A DNA stretch of 64,000 nt from Camelus ferus (lineage: Eukaryota). The stretch is from positions 99,698,001-99,762,000 of the forward strand of contig NC_045696.1 in assembly GCF_009834535.1 (NCBI RefSeq). The letters are read 5' to 3'. Shown piece after piece: positions 40,301-53,236 of the stretch. A program made the position numbers and the translations under genes. Each line of letters begins with the position of its first letter. The first letter of the stretch is position 1. The notes below the pieces were generated by a model. The model did not search any database. It saw only the letters and a list, made by a program, of their open reading frames with translations, and was not told where the DNA came from.

Positions 40301-40419
40301 ACCTGGAGGGTGTTATACCTAGTGAAACAAGTCACACTAGAGAAAGACAAATGCTTCATGTTATCGCTTAATGTGGAATCTAAAAAACAAAATGAATGAA
40401 TGTAACAAAAATAAATAAA

Positions 40420-40985
40420 TCACCTTAGCAAACTAGGACTAGATGAGAATTCCCTTAACTAAATTAATATATCTACCATAATCTCACAGAAAATACCACA
40501 CTTTAATGATGAAGCTTTAGGAAATTACTACAACAAACTAGAAAAAGTGAAGATTCCCTTTATCAGTATTTCTAGTCAACATTGTTTTGAAGCTCCTAAT
40601 AAATACATGACATAAAAAGATTCTGTAAAAGGTTATGAGAAAGAAATATTTGTAGAATATATGATTATTTACACAGAAAAACCAAAAGAAAGTAAGGATA
40701 AATCCTTAGCATGAATAAGAGTTCAGTGAAGTTGAACAAGATTAATAAACAAATACTAATTGTAATTATTTACACTATCAAGGTACAATTAGAAAATGTA
40801 AATTTTAAGTGACAGTGTTTACAAGAACGAACAAAATCATTAGGACATAGGAATAAATCTAGCAAAAAAACATACATGACTTTTAAGGAAAATCATTAAG
40901 CTTTATTGAAAAACATTTTAAAAATACAGCCTAAAGAAATATGGAGAGATATACCACGTAATTATTAAGAAATCTTGATAAGATA
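40420..40985 (+). mobile_element. Ancient L1M5/L1ME ORF2 fragment
   Basis: 'cttagcaaactaggactagatgagaattcccttaac', 'tttgtagaatatatgattatttacacagaaaaacc' and 'ataggaataaatctagcaaaa'. Confidence 0.7.
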
Positions 40986-41989
40986 GAAACAACCTGGCTC
41001 TCAAAGTCATTCCATACTTTCACATTGGACCACATAGAGGCTCTAGGCGCCCAAGGAAAGACGGGGACGCCTGGAGGAAAGAGAATTGAGAACACCAAGG
41101 TAGAACTTACCTATGTCACCATTTGGTTCTGACAAAAATTCCATGTTGATAATTCAGAGAATGATTTTAAATTCTGGAAGTTTTTTTTTTTTTTCTGCAG
41201 TCTCTATTTCTACGGATAAGAGTCTCAAGCTTAACAATGTGTTTAGTTGTAATATCTGGTCTGAAAGGGGGAAAAATATTGAAATTCTCAGGAAAGTGAG
41301 TAGAGGCCTCACTTAGAAGCTAAAGCAGTGCTATTAAGTCCTCAAATTTAAGAGCTCTGAATTCTCCTACACAGAATTTTCTTACATGGCTGCATAATTT
41401 TACTTTTATTATAGTCATCACCTTCAGACACTGATTATTTTGGAGAAGCAATCACAGAAACCTGAAAAATCAAGGTCTGATGAGAATCTCTAAATAAACC
41501 ATGTTTCAGAAGCCCAACTCTAAAAAGCAAAGAGTTTTAAACGTACGGTCCAAATTCTGCATTTCATCTCTACTGAAAAATCTGACATTGCACATATTAA
41601 AAACAGAGAGTGTTAAATTTAAAAAAATAATTGGGTTCAAAGAAGTCACTCTTTTAAAGTGAGTTAGAATGATATACAAATAGCAAAAAAAGTCAAAGGA
41701 GTAAAGGAAAACCTTGACTAATAGAATTTAGAATAATTATTTAACTTTTGCTTATAAAATACTGCCATTAAAATAGCTTAGTTTTATATATTCATGTTTT
41801 ACATGTGAGTGGCTTCAATGTTTTACACTTGGATACCTAATCAAAGATACTCTATAGATTTCTTTATTTCCCTAATTTGCTAGCTAACAGCTGGCTGTCT
41901 CAATACCTCTTAGTAAGTAATTTTTGTTTTCCCATTAATTTTAACCTAAACTTTATATGTATTTTGTGGGCTCCTCTACCAAATCTCTA

Positions 41990-42330
41990 AATATCAGAGT
42001 TGTTCCGGTCCTCACTGTGGACTGCCTTCACTTTTCTCTCTAGGTATGGGCATCTGCAGGGCTTTAAATACCACTGCTATGCTGACCACTAACAAGTTTA
42101 CATATCCAGGCTAGATCTTTGAGCATCAGATGGGACACACCCAGCTTTCTACTTTATATCTCTACATACCAAAATGGAACCCTTTATTTTGCCCACAAAA
42201 TATGGTTCCTCCTATTGCTATTTCTCTACTTCAGAAATTATCAGAACCTTATATCCAATATTTCAAGCTAGAAATTTAAAGGACTCATCCTTGAGAAAAT
42301 CTTTTCCCAATGACTGCCTCCTTCTCATCT
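41990..42330 (+). mobile_element. L2 fragment
   Basis: 'ggctttaaataccactgctatgctgac...catatccagg...ccaaaatggaac'. Confidence 0.6.
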
Positions 42331-43452
42331 AGACCTTCAGTACAAGCTCTGTGCCTTGTCTGAGATTGACAAAGACATAGTAAAGGATGACTGTCTCCTA
42401 AATAGCCTACAATTATCTACTTTTTTTTTTGCAAGTCATGCCAATTTCTTCACAGAGCAGCTGGAGCTCTGAAAAGTCAGCGTTGGACTAAGTAACCCAC
42501 TTTGCCAGAATAACTATTTTCTTCATCACTGAAAAGGTGTTTAAGACACCCGGACCAAGCTATACAGAGGAAGTTAAATGGGGGTCTTTGCTTTAGGGAC
42601 ACGTACAGAGCAAAATAATCAATCATCATTACATTATGTAATTTTTACCGCCCTCTCAGGTAGTAGATATTTTAACCCCATTTCACAAACCTGAAATTTG
42701 AAGCTTAAAACAGTTAGCTAACTTCTCTAAGTCTGTTGTCTGACTAAAAAATCGGTCTCTTTCCACAATATTGTACTATCTGTCCTTAAGAGCCTACTCA
42801 AGAATCAATGAAAAATCAGAAATATCCTTTCCTCAAAATCTCCCAGCTGAGCCAAGGTCTAAATTTCCTGTGGAGATCTTATCACGTGTAATCTCACCAA
42901 AGCTTTTACAACTTTAGCTACTGCTTCAGTGACTTGCCTGTTCATCCAATACCTGCATATATACTTTAACAGAAAACAATTTAGAAGTTAATAAAAATAA
43001 AATTTCTTCTCATTACGCCTCAGACACCTCAAGCTGCTTTCGCATAGCCCATGAATACCTGAAATTCAAAATGTCAGTCTCCAAGTTTTCAATATAATTT
43101 TAGTTGCAGTGGAGCATTTACAGAGGTTATTTTGCTACAGTGGTGAAATATTTTTGTTAAATACTGCTATTTTACCGCAAGAAATAAGCATTATCTGACA
43201 CATGAGTAGGTAGCCAGAAATTTTATGTACCCAAGGGAGATGTTCAGAAATAGGTTTCTTATTGTTTGCTAAATTGCAAACCTACAGATTTCTGACTCTT
43301 ATGAAATGCTGGATGGATGGAGCATGATTTACCAAGATGGAGAAAGAAAACGAATGCAGAAGATTTGGGAAGGAGGTGGGTAGGAAGAAGATTTTTTTTT
43401 TCACTCTAACTTGCTTTCTATTTTTTGTTGTTGTTTTCTTCTTCTTGTCAGA

Positions 43453-43630
43453 GCAGTGTTTCATACACTTTCCCAAAGATAAGAATACATTTTTTTTTAA
43501 TCCAGAGTTCAAGGTATTTTCCTAGGAAATTCTGACTCAGTGATCTAATAGGGAACTTGGAGAACCTGTATTTTTAACAAGTATGTTGAGAGGTTATTTA
43601 TTACCAAAAGGATAATTGTGAAACATTTAA
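43453..43630. mobile_element. MER5-like hAT-Charlie MITE
   Basis: 'aaattctgactcagtgatcta...aacctgtatttttaacaagt'. Confidence 0.5.
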
Positions 43631-43949
43631 TAGACCATTCATGAGCCAAGTAAAAAGTAGGTTCTTTCTGTAATGTAGGGGATTTTGTTGAAATAGTTGT
43701 TTAAATGTATCCTTTATTAAGAGGATAGAATTTAGCACCTTAGGGCTTTTAAATTAATATCTTTGAATATGTTTTGCTGAAAAGGTAAAATACCTTAATT
43801 CATTTAAAGTTAGCATTATAGCCTGACAATGACTTCTGAGTTGGCTTTTTGGAGACCTTCAGATTATGTGTTCTAAAATTTATCTTGGATTTCTTTGAAA
43901 CTCCAGATAAGCATTATTAAAATATATGGAAAACAGTAATAATGTCCAA

Positions 43950-46430
43950 AAATTTTTTAAATAACTCTTACAAATAAACAAGAAAAAAGATAAACCATCT
44001 AACCTAATAGAAAAAAAAAAGATAATAGATAAAAAGAGAAAAGTCCAATGACCACTAAAAATGAAAACATGTTCTAACTCATTAGTAACTAGAGAGATGC
44101 AACTCAAAACCATATGAAGTTCCAATTTTCATTCATTAGCTGGCAAGTTTTAAAGTAGTGACAACCATTCACAAGGAGTAAATTTGTAGTACCAACCCAC
44201 AGGGTAATTTAATACCTGGTAAAGTTAGGGTGACTATAAATTGCATCATCAAACTGTGACTTTTTAAAACTGAAACAGCATATTAAAATATATAAAATTA
44301 TGCAATATTTAATGGGCTTATTAAAATTGTTTTTATTACATTGATGGACATACAAATAGTTCTCAAAATTTTTTGAAAATGAAATTCTTCAAAAAATTTT
44401 AAACCATAATTGAAACATATAAAATAACTTTTTAATATTTTTTAAACATTAAATATAGCATGTAGAATAATTATTCTGTAAAATACTCAACGCAGTTATT
44501 AGTAGTAATTAGATAATTATCTTTGGTTACTTTCTGAAAATGTATCTCTTTTAATATAGTTTATGATTGAGTTTTAATAAAACTATCTGCAATCCAAAGT
44601 TGACTCCAAAATTGTCACCACCACTAAGAGTTATCATCAGTGTTTAGTTTTCTGACTGAATTTTTTAAAGTGTTCATAATATTGTCAAGTATTTTATTTT
44701 TAGCAGAATAAACTTCCAAAAGCTTTATTTTGGTCCTGTTAATTGGATGCTCAATTGAAACATTTTTAGATCTAATTTTCTATGTGAAACACCTAAATGG
44801 TATTATTCAATTGTTTGTGATTTTTCTCTGCTGCTAACAGCTCTTGCATCCTATTTCATAAGTGCCAAGGAGATTTGGAACAAAAAATGAATATAACTTA
44901 CTTAAGAAGACAGTAATTTGATCTAAATGAAAAGCCATGCTTCTCAGAGTGCTATGCTTGCACACTTTATCCAGATTCACAAATGAAACCAGTGAAAACG
45001 ACATCTTCAGGCATTTTTCTTAGCATTACTATTAACTTCTGAAATAGCAGCTAATATTTTTGTCCTCAGATTTGTATCTTCTGGCCTTCATGAGATCAGT
45101 GGTACCTTTATGACCCCAACAGTAAGACAGAAAATGCCAACGGATGTATTGTACAGGTTTTATGGGTGCCATAAACTTTCTTGAAAGGGATATTCAATAC
45201 TTACTTTTTTTTTAATTAATCACACTTTAAAAAAAACCCACTGCTGAAATATTTCAAAATAAAGAATCATGGCTGAACAACTCAATAAATAAATAGTTGT
45301 TGGTGTCTGAAAGATGACAAAACCACTCTAGCAAGACCAAGTAACCACTCTCTATGTGCTCAGCTTCTATTCTCCGTATTATTCACATGTACCTAAGCTC
45401 TTATTTCCTTTGTTTTCCCCAAACTCAACATATGGTGGCCTGCCAGTTTCATTTAAGGGGACAGCATGAAAAATTATGTCCAGTGCTTACCCCACCATCA
45501 TGCAAGATTGGAAGAAGTTAGCTATCCCTAGCCACTGCTGACTCAGTCCACACTGTTTTATCAACAACACTGTGTGCTGTCCTTGAAAGAGAGGCATTAG
45601 CCATGTTTTGTTTGAAGTGGGTCAGGAAGATAAAGTCAATTTTCTGATTTAACCCCCACCCCCCACATTGAAGTTATAATTCTGTTAACATTCCATTTGT
45701 CTCACATTTTCATACAGCCATGACAAAAGCTGGAAGTATTAGACAAAATGGACATTTAACAAACCTGTGCTAGTTTTAATCAATGCAATTTATAACAATA
45801 TTTCATTAAAAAAGAAAAATGCAGGACAGATGCTAAACCAATATGGATGCATGGACAAGAATAGTAGAGTGGCACTCATGGGAGCAAATGAGGATGTTTA
45901 GTCTCCCCAGAACTGAACTTGTGCACACCCTGCAATCCTGCAATGAATCTATATATTCATTAGAAACTCTTACACATTAGTACCTGGAAGGACAGAGAAG
46001 GATTTTCATTATAGCATCTGGATAAATACATCATGGAACATGATTAAATACAAAAGACAGGGATCTATAGTATCAAAGTGGGTAGCTCTCAAAAAAAATA
46101 AGTGGGGAAAAAATAATAAAATGATACATACTTTATGATAATATTCACATGAGCATTAAAAACACACAGTACACCAAGTGTAATATATAAACATATATAT
46201 TCTAAATAATCTATAAAATCATGAAGATAAAGTTAAACATCAGGTTCATAATAATTGCACCTCTGGACAGGGAGAAAAGGAAAGAAACCTGAGGAAGTGT
46301 GCTCAAGTTACAACTGAATGCAATATAAATGGAACAAGGTATGCATTAATACTGGTTATTTCTGGGTAGTGTTAAATAGAGACTTCTTATATTATTCTAT
46401 ATTTTATGTTTTTCACATTTCACTCAAAAA
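43950..46430 (+). mobile_element. L1ME-like 3' region split by a hAT element (pieces ~43950-44225 and ~45910-46430)
   Basis: 'atgaaaacatgttctaactcattagtaactagagagatgcaactcaaaacc' resumes as 'gtgcacaccctgcaatcctgcaat...tagaaactcttacaca' after the hAT element. Confidence 0.65.
44226..45908 (-). mobile_element. BLACKJACK-like hAT DNA transposon remnant (~1.7 kb)
   Basis: Left end 'tagggtgactata' and degenerate right end 'gcaaatgaggatgtttagtctcccca' resemble MER81/BLACKJACK termini. Decayed transposase-like sequence on the minus strand around 44590-44800. Confidence 0.65.
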
Positions 46431-48871
46431 CAAAATAATTTCACAAAAAACAATGCTCAGTTTAACTCGGAATCATCTTGTTACATATTTACTTTGCTTA
46501 AAAAATTCCCTGTCCCTGTTGCTCCCTCCAAGGGATTAAAAAAAAATGAAATATGGAAAATGTGATACTTTATTAAAGAAAAAATTTTATAAATATGAAA
46601 TAAAGTATATAAGCAGCACAAGACTCTTCTTGATACATTACATATGTAATCACAGAGTATGAGGACAGAGAAGAATATATGCAGAATTTGACTTCTGAAT
46701 AAAGGAAATAATTCTCATGTTTAATTATCTAAAATACATTCTTAAAAGAGATAAATGACATTTCAGAACTGACATTATTACAATGAGAAATGATTGAAAG
46801 ATGCTAATAAAATCTATGTAAGCTTTATGGAAACAGTGACTGCTTGCTGCCTTTTAATGTATAAAAGATGAACAGCTACCTTCATGCAAATTAACCAGAC
46901 TTTAGTTGCACTAATTAAGAGAACTACAGCTTAGTCAATCAAATGGTAACAGATTAGTTACAACGGATGTCAGAATCATTCTTTACTAAATTAGGCTTAG
47001 AATCGTATCTGTTTTGAGAAATATTACTTTACTATAAATACATAGAGAAAAGATTGGTTGTACAGATTAGTATGATTTCAGTAGAACATGTTTCATCTTC
47101 AAGAGCTGATAAGAACTTTCCAATCCATAAAACACTGTAAGAGAAAACTGCGAATGAGGCTAGACACACATTTCAAAGAGCTGATGAGGTTGCAAATCAG
47201 TTCTGCCTCACTCCCGAATTACCTCGATGATGCTCAGCACTTGCAGAGCTTTTCTAGCTTCAAAGAGCCTACAAATTTTAACTAATTAATCTTTACGCTA
47301 CCCAGTGAGATAGTGATAAGAAACCCCTTGAAGAGAGCATCTAACTACATAATTTACACTTGCCTCTGTAGAATTCAGCATACACACCATGTTGTGTTTT
47401 CCTATCTTTCTATTTCAATAAATCTTGAGAGAGATGATATCCATATGTGAATACATGATGCATAGCCGTCTATTGTGTATGAAATGATGTACACTGCACT
47501 CAGTCTGCAACTAAAAGCTAACAAAGAAAGATATATGTACAGCCAACACACGAAAAACATCTGGTACGTTCTGCTGTATTTTCTTTTCTCATTCATTTTA
47601 CGTCTTGTTCTCGGCCATTCCAGAGTGGACTTGTTAGATTTGAAGAGGCTAAAACTCTTCCATGCAGGATATATAATTCTCCTGTTAATTTTTAAATTAT
47701 TCTTATTTATCCTGAAATGAACTGTTTGACAATTAAAAGCCTATAAACTATGCTGAATATAAGAGAATACCATCTGGGAAAGCTTCACCCAAATCAAAGA
47801 ATATTTAACTACTGTATTAAGAATTCTCTACTAGGATTCCCTTCTCTCTGCAGGTAGCTGGCTACAGCAGTCTACCAAAACAAATCTATTCCTGCAGTAA
47901 AGGCCAACACTGGGTCACTCAGGAGAGAGCACTTTCTGTCTGCAAAGGGCTCTACATCTTTTTGCTGAAATAGGGAAAATCTGTATCCGGTTTTCCTGTT
48001 TTGCTGAAAATTCACTTAAAAATTAATCTTCTTCTTTCTCATTTCAAAGAAATTCTGCTTACCTTCAAATGGTTTGCTCCTTATCTAATCTCTGTAAATA
48101 CCTCTAAGCACACAGACATACCCATACACGAAAGAAACAGTATACTTGGAAAACCATCCAATGTGTACATGTGCTCTGTTTTAAAAATTCTCTCATGAAC
48201 TATATGCATTAAGGTTGTAGTTATCATTCAATAGATGATCTATTTTACTGATATCCCAAGGACATCACTGGAGTAAGAATGTACAATGTAAGCAACAAGA
48301 TTTCTATATGAACACATTTTATTTGTAACTAAACTTACATGGTTAAAATGGTCAGTTTTGTCAAAGACATACTGGCTAAACTCTATTTCTGTTTTAATTT
48401 TCTTTTTTTTCCCCCAAGTTCCAAGCATTTTTCCATTTAAGTTCATCTAAAATAGACTGTTGAGCATTTACATAAAATGAAAAAGGTAAACTGAAAATAC
48501 TTGATTTCTCACTATAAATAATACAGTCATTTCACTTTTCCTTAATTAATTACATGGGAATAAAGAACGACTATGTCATACTGATTTATTATTTGAGCCT
48601 CCAGAGACAGAAAGACTGAATTCTTTGGTAAGGGGAAATAAATGAAGGGTTTTTACATGGATCTACCTTAAAACAATTGAGAGTTTTACAAACACTAAAC
48701 TCAAATTCTTTCTTACAATTAAATGTATCATTTCTTTCTTCTTTTCCTTCTCTCTGATTCTCTATCTTAAAAGATAGGATTGGAACATAGAACAAAGAAA
48801 GTTTTCCTATAGAAAGAGTCACAAAGATGTTTCAGGAGACTGAGGTCTTAGATGAAGAGGAGAAATGATAT

Positions 48872-49660
48872 AGGAATGTAAATTGATACAGCCACCATGT
48901 AGAAGAGTATGGAGGTCCCTTAAATATTAAAAGCAGAGCTATCATATGTTCCAGAAATTCTATTTCTGGGTATACATCTGAAGGAAATGAAATCACTGTC
49001 TCAAAGAGATTGCTGCAACCCAGTGTTCATTTCAGCATTATTCATAGTAGCCAACACATGAGAACAACCTAATGGTAAACGGACAAAGTGTTCATTGAGA
49101 CTAATTTCTTGATAAATTTTATATATATATATGAGATGGAATACTATTTAGCCATAAAGAGAACGAAATCCTGTCATTCATAACAATGTAGATGGACCTT
49201 GAGGGTATTATGCTAAGTGAAATAAGTCAGAGAGAGAAAGAATAAATCCCATAGTTTCTCATTTATGTGAAGAATCTAAAAAACATCGCTCCTAGAAACA
49301 GAGAGGGAGAGTAGTATGGTGGTTTCCAGGGACTGGGGCCTTGGGTAAGTGGGGAGATTTGGTCAAAGGGTCCAAACTTCTAGTTTTAAGACGAACAAGT
49401 TCTGAGGATCTAATGCACAGCATGGTGACTATAGTTAACAATACTGTATTTTATACTTGGAACTTGTTGAGAGAATAGATCTTAAATGCTCTCACTGCCC
49501 CTCCTCCACAAAAACAGATGGCAGTTATGTGATGTGACGAATGTGTTAAGTAACCTTACTGTGGTAATCATATTATAGTAAATGCAAGTATTAAATCATC
49601 ACATCATATACCTTAAACTTGTACAATGTTACATTTCAATTATATCTCAATAAAGCTGGA
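48872..49660 (+). mobile_element. L1MA9-like 3' end
   Basis: 'ggaatgtaaattgatacagccac', 'gaccttgagggtattatgctaagtgaaataagtcag', 'cagcatggtgactatagttaacaatactgta' and 'caattatatctcaataaagctgga'. Confidence 0.88.
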
Positions 49661-49715
49661 GGGAGAGAGTATCAACGGATATTTTTTAAGTAGAAAGGAT
49701 AAAAGCTTTGGTGAG

Positions 49716-50139
49716 TATATTAATCAGGGTTCTCCAGAGAAAGAGAACCAACAGGATGTGTGATTTATATGCAAAAAGAGAGATATGTATTTTAAGGAAT
49801 TGGCTCACATGATTGTGGAGATTTGGCAAGTTCAAAATCTGCTGGGTGGGCCAGCAGGCTGGAAGCCCAGGGAAGTGTTACAATTCAAGTCCAAAGGCAG
49901 ACTGCTGGCAGAATTTCCTCTTCTTCTAGGGAGGTTAGTCTTTTTCTGTCAAGGCCTTCAGCTGATTGGATGAGGCCTACCCAACATTATGAAAGAGAGT
50001 CTGCTTAACTCAAAGTTCACTGCTTCAAATGTTAACCTCATCTAAAAAGAGACTTAAACAGAAACATCTAGAATAATGTTTGACCAAATATGTAGGTACT
50101 GTGACCTAGCCAAGTGAACACATAAAATTAACCATTATA
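49716..50139 (-). mobile_element. MLT2D-like ERVL solo LTR
   Basis: 'atcagggttctccagagaaagagaaccaacagga', 'aaggaattggctcacatgattgtgga' and 'ccttcagctgattggatgaggcc...cacataaaattaaccat'. Confidence 0.9.
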
Positions 50140-51408
50140 GCAGAAAAAGAAATTCTGTAAGATCTAATATGCATCAAAATATCCTTCATATGTTTAGTCT
50201 GACTCCATCTGGATACAGATAGCCAAGGAATGATGGAGAAGTATTTATTCTCTTGATAGAGACAAGGTCATGACTTCCCTAACTCAGTCCCAGAATTGTC
50301 TTAGAAAGGAGAAACACATCTATTGCTCATATGTTAGGAGCAATCTCTCCACCAATAGATCACAAACTTGAAAATGTCTGCCGACACAGAGCCTCTGGTC
50401 TGGGAAAGACATCATCAGAATTTGACCTTGAACCCTAATGATTAGACCTGGGATCTCTGACCTTAGTTGAACTAATTTCAAAGCCTAAAGGGAGTTCTCT
50501 TTTGCAAGAGAAGCTGACTCTTCAAACACTCTATCCCGAATCCAAGTTTGTTGGAATTCTGAACAATGCAGTATTCAACGCACAAATTTTTTTTTCCTGT
50601 TTTGAAACGTTTCATTTTTGGGTGTGGATTTATCTCTATAAATTACTGTTGGTTTTTGTGACTGTATACATGTTCAAGTTCTGCAACACTTGCTTATGAG
50701 AGGGCAGACATAGAGAACACATACAAGGTCAAAAATGAGACAGGAATTCGGGTCTTGCAAGAGAGCTTAGCCAAGAGTGAGCAGGGACACTTTTTTCTCT
50801 CTGGGTCTCTCATCTGTGAGAAAGCAAACTACAAAATGATTACAAATAAGGTCTAAATGAAGAAGGATGCAATCTCTAGTGTCCAATTTGATGTTATCTC
50901 TCCTGTAAATCCCTATGCTATCTCAAAAGACTTCATTTAAACATCTTAAACATTAGATCCTGGTCTTGAATACCTAAATGAAGAGGACTGATGCAGTAGC
51001 TACCTGGGAAGATCTGGTTCAAACAGAAACAGTAATTGGGAAGTGGTCCAGGGCCAGATTGCCTGACTGAGGCATATATAAACCTTGGGAAATCCTAGAA
51101 ATATTTGGATAAATGAAATTAGTTAATAACGCTCTTATAAAATTATTATAAAAATGTCCAAAAGGACATCCAGACTACAGTGTACTGATTAGAGCAGTGG
51201 GACTGGACATATCAATTCAATCTGGGTTTTGGGTAAATCCCCCAATACCTGAAATCAATGTTATATCATAAAACATATTTGTAATGGGTTATATAAAAAC
51301 CATTTGATTTCCTACTGCTTGCCATTATTAAAGGAAAGGTAAATGTCATGAAATCTAACCTTAAATTGTAAGATGACTTTTAACTTCAATAAAACTTACT
51401 TAACTTGG

Positions 51409-51610
51409 CATATGTAGAATAGATAAACAAGATTATACTGTATAGCACAGGGAAATATATACAAGATCTTGTGGTAGCTCACAGTGAAAAAAATGTGACA
51501 ATGAGTATATGTATATTCATGTATCACTGAAAAATTGTGCTCTACACTGGAATTTGACACAACATTGTAAAATAACTATAACTCAATTTTTAAAATGTTA
51601 AAAAAAAAAG
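51409..51610 (+). mobile_element. Short young L1 3' terminus (same subfamily as 5971-7420)
   Basis: Near-identical to 7228-7420. TSD tacttaacttgg at 51397-51408 and 51611-51622. Confidence 0.93.
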
Positions 51611-52889
51611 TACTTAACTTGGAATAAACAAATGTGAATTTTCTTATTTTTTCATGTTAAGATGATGGAATTAAAACAGAGCCTCCTTCGAATTTTTACT
51701 GTCTGGTGTCATGGCCACCAAGCTAAATGATAAACACCGTGCAAAATTGACACAGAATGTTTGTATCAAGATTGCTCCTCTTCAGAACAAGAGTTGTTTT
51801 AAACTTTGACCATGAAATGTCTCTTCAAACATCAAGAGCCAAGTAATATTACTTAAAAGTGACAATAACAAAACTCTGGCAAGAAAAACACCACCAAAAG
51901 ATATTACCACATTTTTATTGGAATGTGAAAAGGAAGTAGAAATTTCTCACTCCAGTAATATTCAGAGATTCTTAATCATATTTTTGACACTTTTCAAGAT
52001 GTGTCCTAGGCACTAATTTGAGCTTTTGAAATCCTCTTCTTTTAATCTTTTTTTAAATTTTTCTTTCTTTTTTTTTTTTTTTTTTTTTTTTGCTTTACTC
52101 ATGAGTTGGGTCAAACTCCACATAGCTTCAATCACTGTCCTGACATTGTGCCTGTTTCTGAACTTTGTGTAGAAACATTAAAACTAATTAGCATTATAAG
52201 CTGACCAAAAAAAAATATGGATAAATGTAAAATATACGTTGATTCTCCATATCTATAATCTTCTTGACGAATATTTGTTTTCTACCTTGAACACTAATAT
52301 TAAATTTTTAAGGAGTATTTTCTTTAAACAGGGATACCAATTATGTTTTACTTCCCTTCTGCTAATAAACAATTTTGAATCTTTTCTGTTTTTAAAAGTT
52401 CAAGTATATCATATTCCAGTAAACAGAAATTGTGTTTATTCAAGTATATATTTGCTACTCATTTTCTCTTACTCTCTATGCCGGCAGCATAATCCTTTAA
52501 TGGACAGTAAAATTTTCTCTGTTTATTCTCTGAAGATTGAATAAAAAGGATGTTAGTGACTCCATAACTCCTTTGGAAAGTGATCTCAAAACTAAGTTCT
52601 TTCATCCTTCATTTTCAGCTCAATTGTATGACCAAATGTGAACCAAAAGTAACTAGAATTGTTCATAATTCATGTTTTCCTGCAGCTAAGTCTCTAAAAA
52701 TATTAGCTAGAAACTTCCCTAGATTACAATAATGTTAATAGAGATTATTACAAAGGTTTCTTGGAGTTGAGTAGTGTTTCTAATTACATACAAATAATGA
52801 AAATATAAAGGTTGAAAAATACGATAAATGGAAGAAAACTGTTAGAATTACTGAAATATTTACAATGCCTTTTTCATGTAAATTACATA

Positions 52890-53236
52890 CAATCAGACAT
52901 CTATAACCTTTGTTCAGCATCTGCAGATTCAACCAACTGCAGATTGAAAATATTGAAAAAAATAATTCCAGGAAGCTTCAAAAAGCAAAACTTGAATTTG
53001 CCACACCCAACAATTATTTATATAGCATTTACCTTTATTTACAACTATTTATATAGCATTTACATTATATTTAGGTATTATAAGTAATCTAGAGATGATT
53101 TAATGTATACAGGAGGATGTGCATAGGCTATGTGCAAATACCATGCCATTTTACATAAGGGACTTGAGCTTTGGCAAATCTGAGTATTTGCAGGGGTTCC
53201 TGGAACCAATCTGCCATAGAAACTGAGCAACAATTG
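52890..53236 (+). mobile_element. MER2 (TcMar-Tigger) MITE
   Basis: 'gattcaaccaactgcagattgaaaatatt', 'ttaggtattataagtaatctagagatgatt' and 'ccattttacataagggacttgagc...cctggaaccaatc'. Confidence 0.9.

Larger units (their letters stand above)
36671..40415 (+). mobile_element. Older, heavily disrupted L1: near-complete ORF2 (endonuclease to C-terminus) and start of the 3'UTR
   Basis: Endonuclease motifs 'ctacaagagactcac' and 'gacaaagaaggacattacataatg'. RT motif FADDMI 'tttgcagatgacatgata' at 38761. 'IPDFRLYYKATVIKT' in ORF 39212-39517. Many stops and frameshifts. Confidence 0.95.

Noticed and set aside
36671..40415. Reverse transcriptase/endonuclease as a novel or active system
   Set aside because: An ordinary dead L1 ORF2 with many stops, frameshifts and microsatellites.
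41105..41180. Minus-strand donor TAG|gtaagt with a short upstream ORF
   Set aside because: The nearest upstream AG is preceded by poly-A rather than pyrimidines, and nothing else supports an exon.
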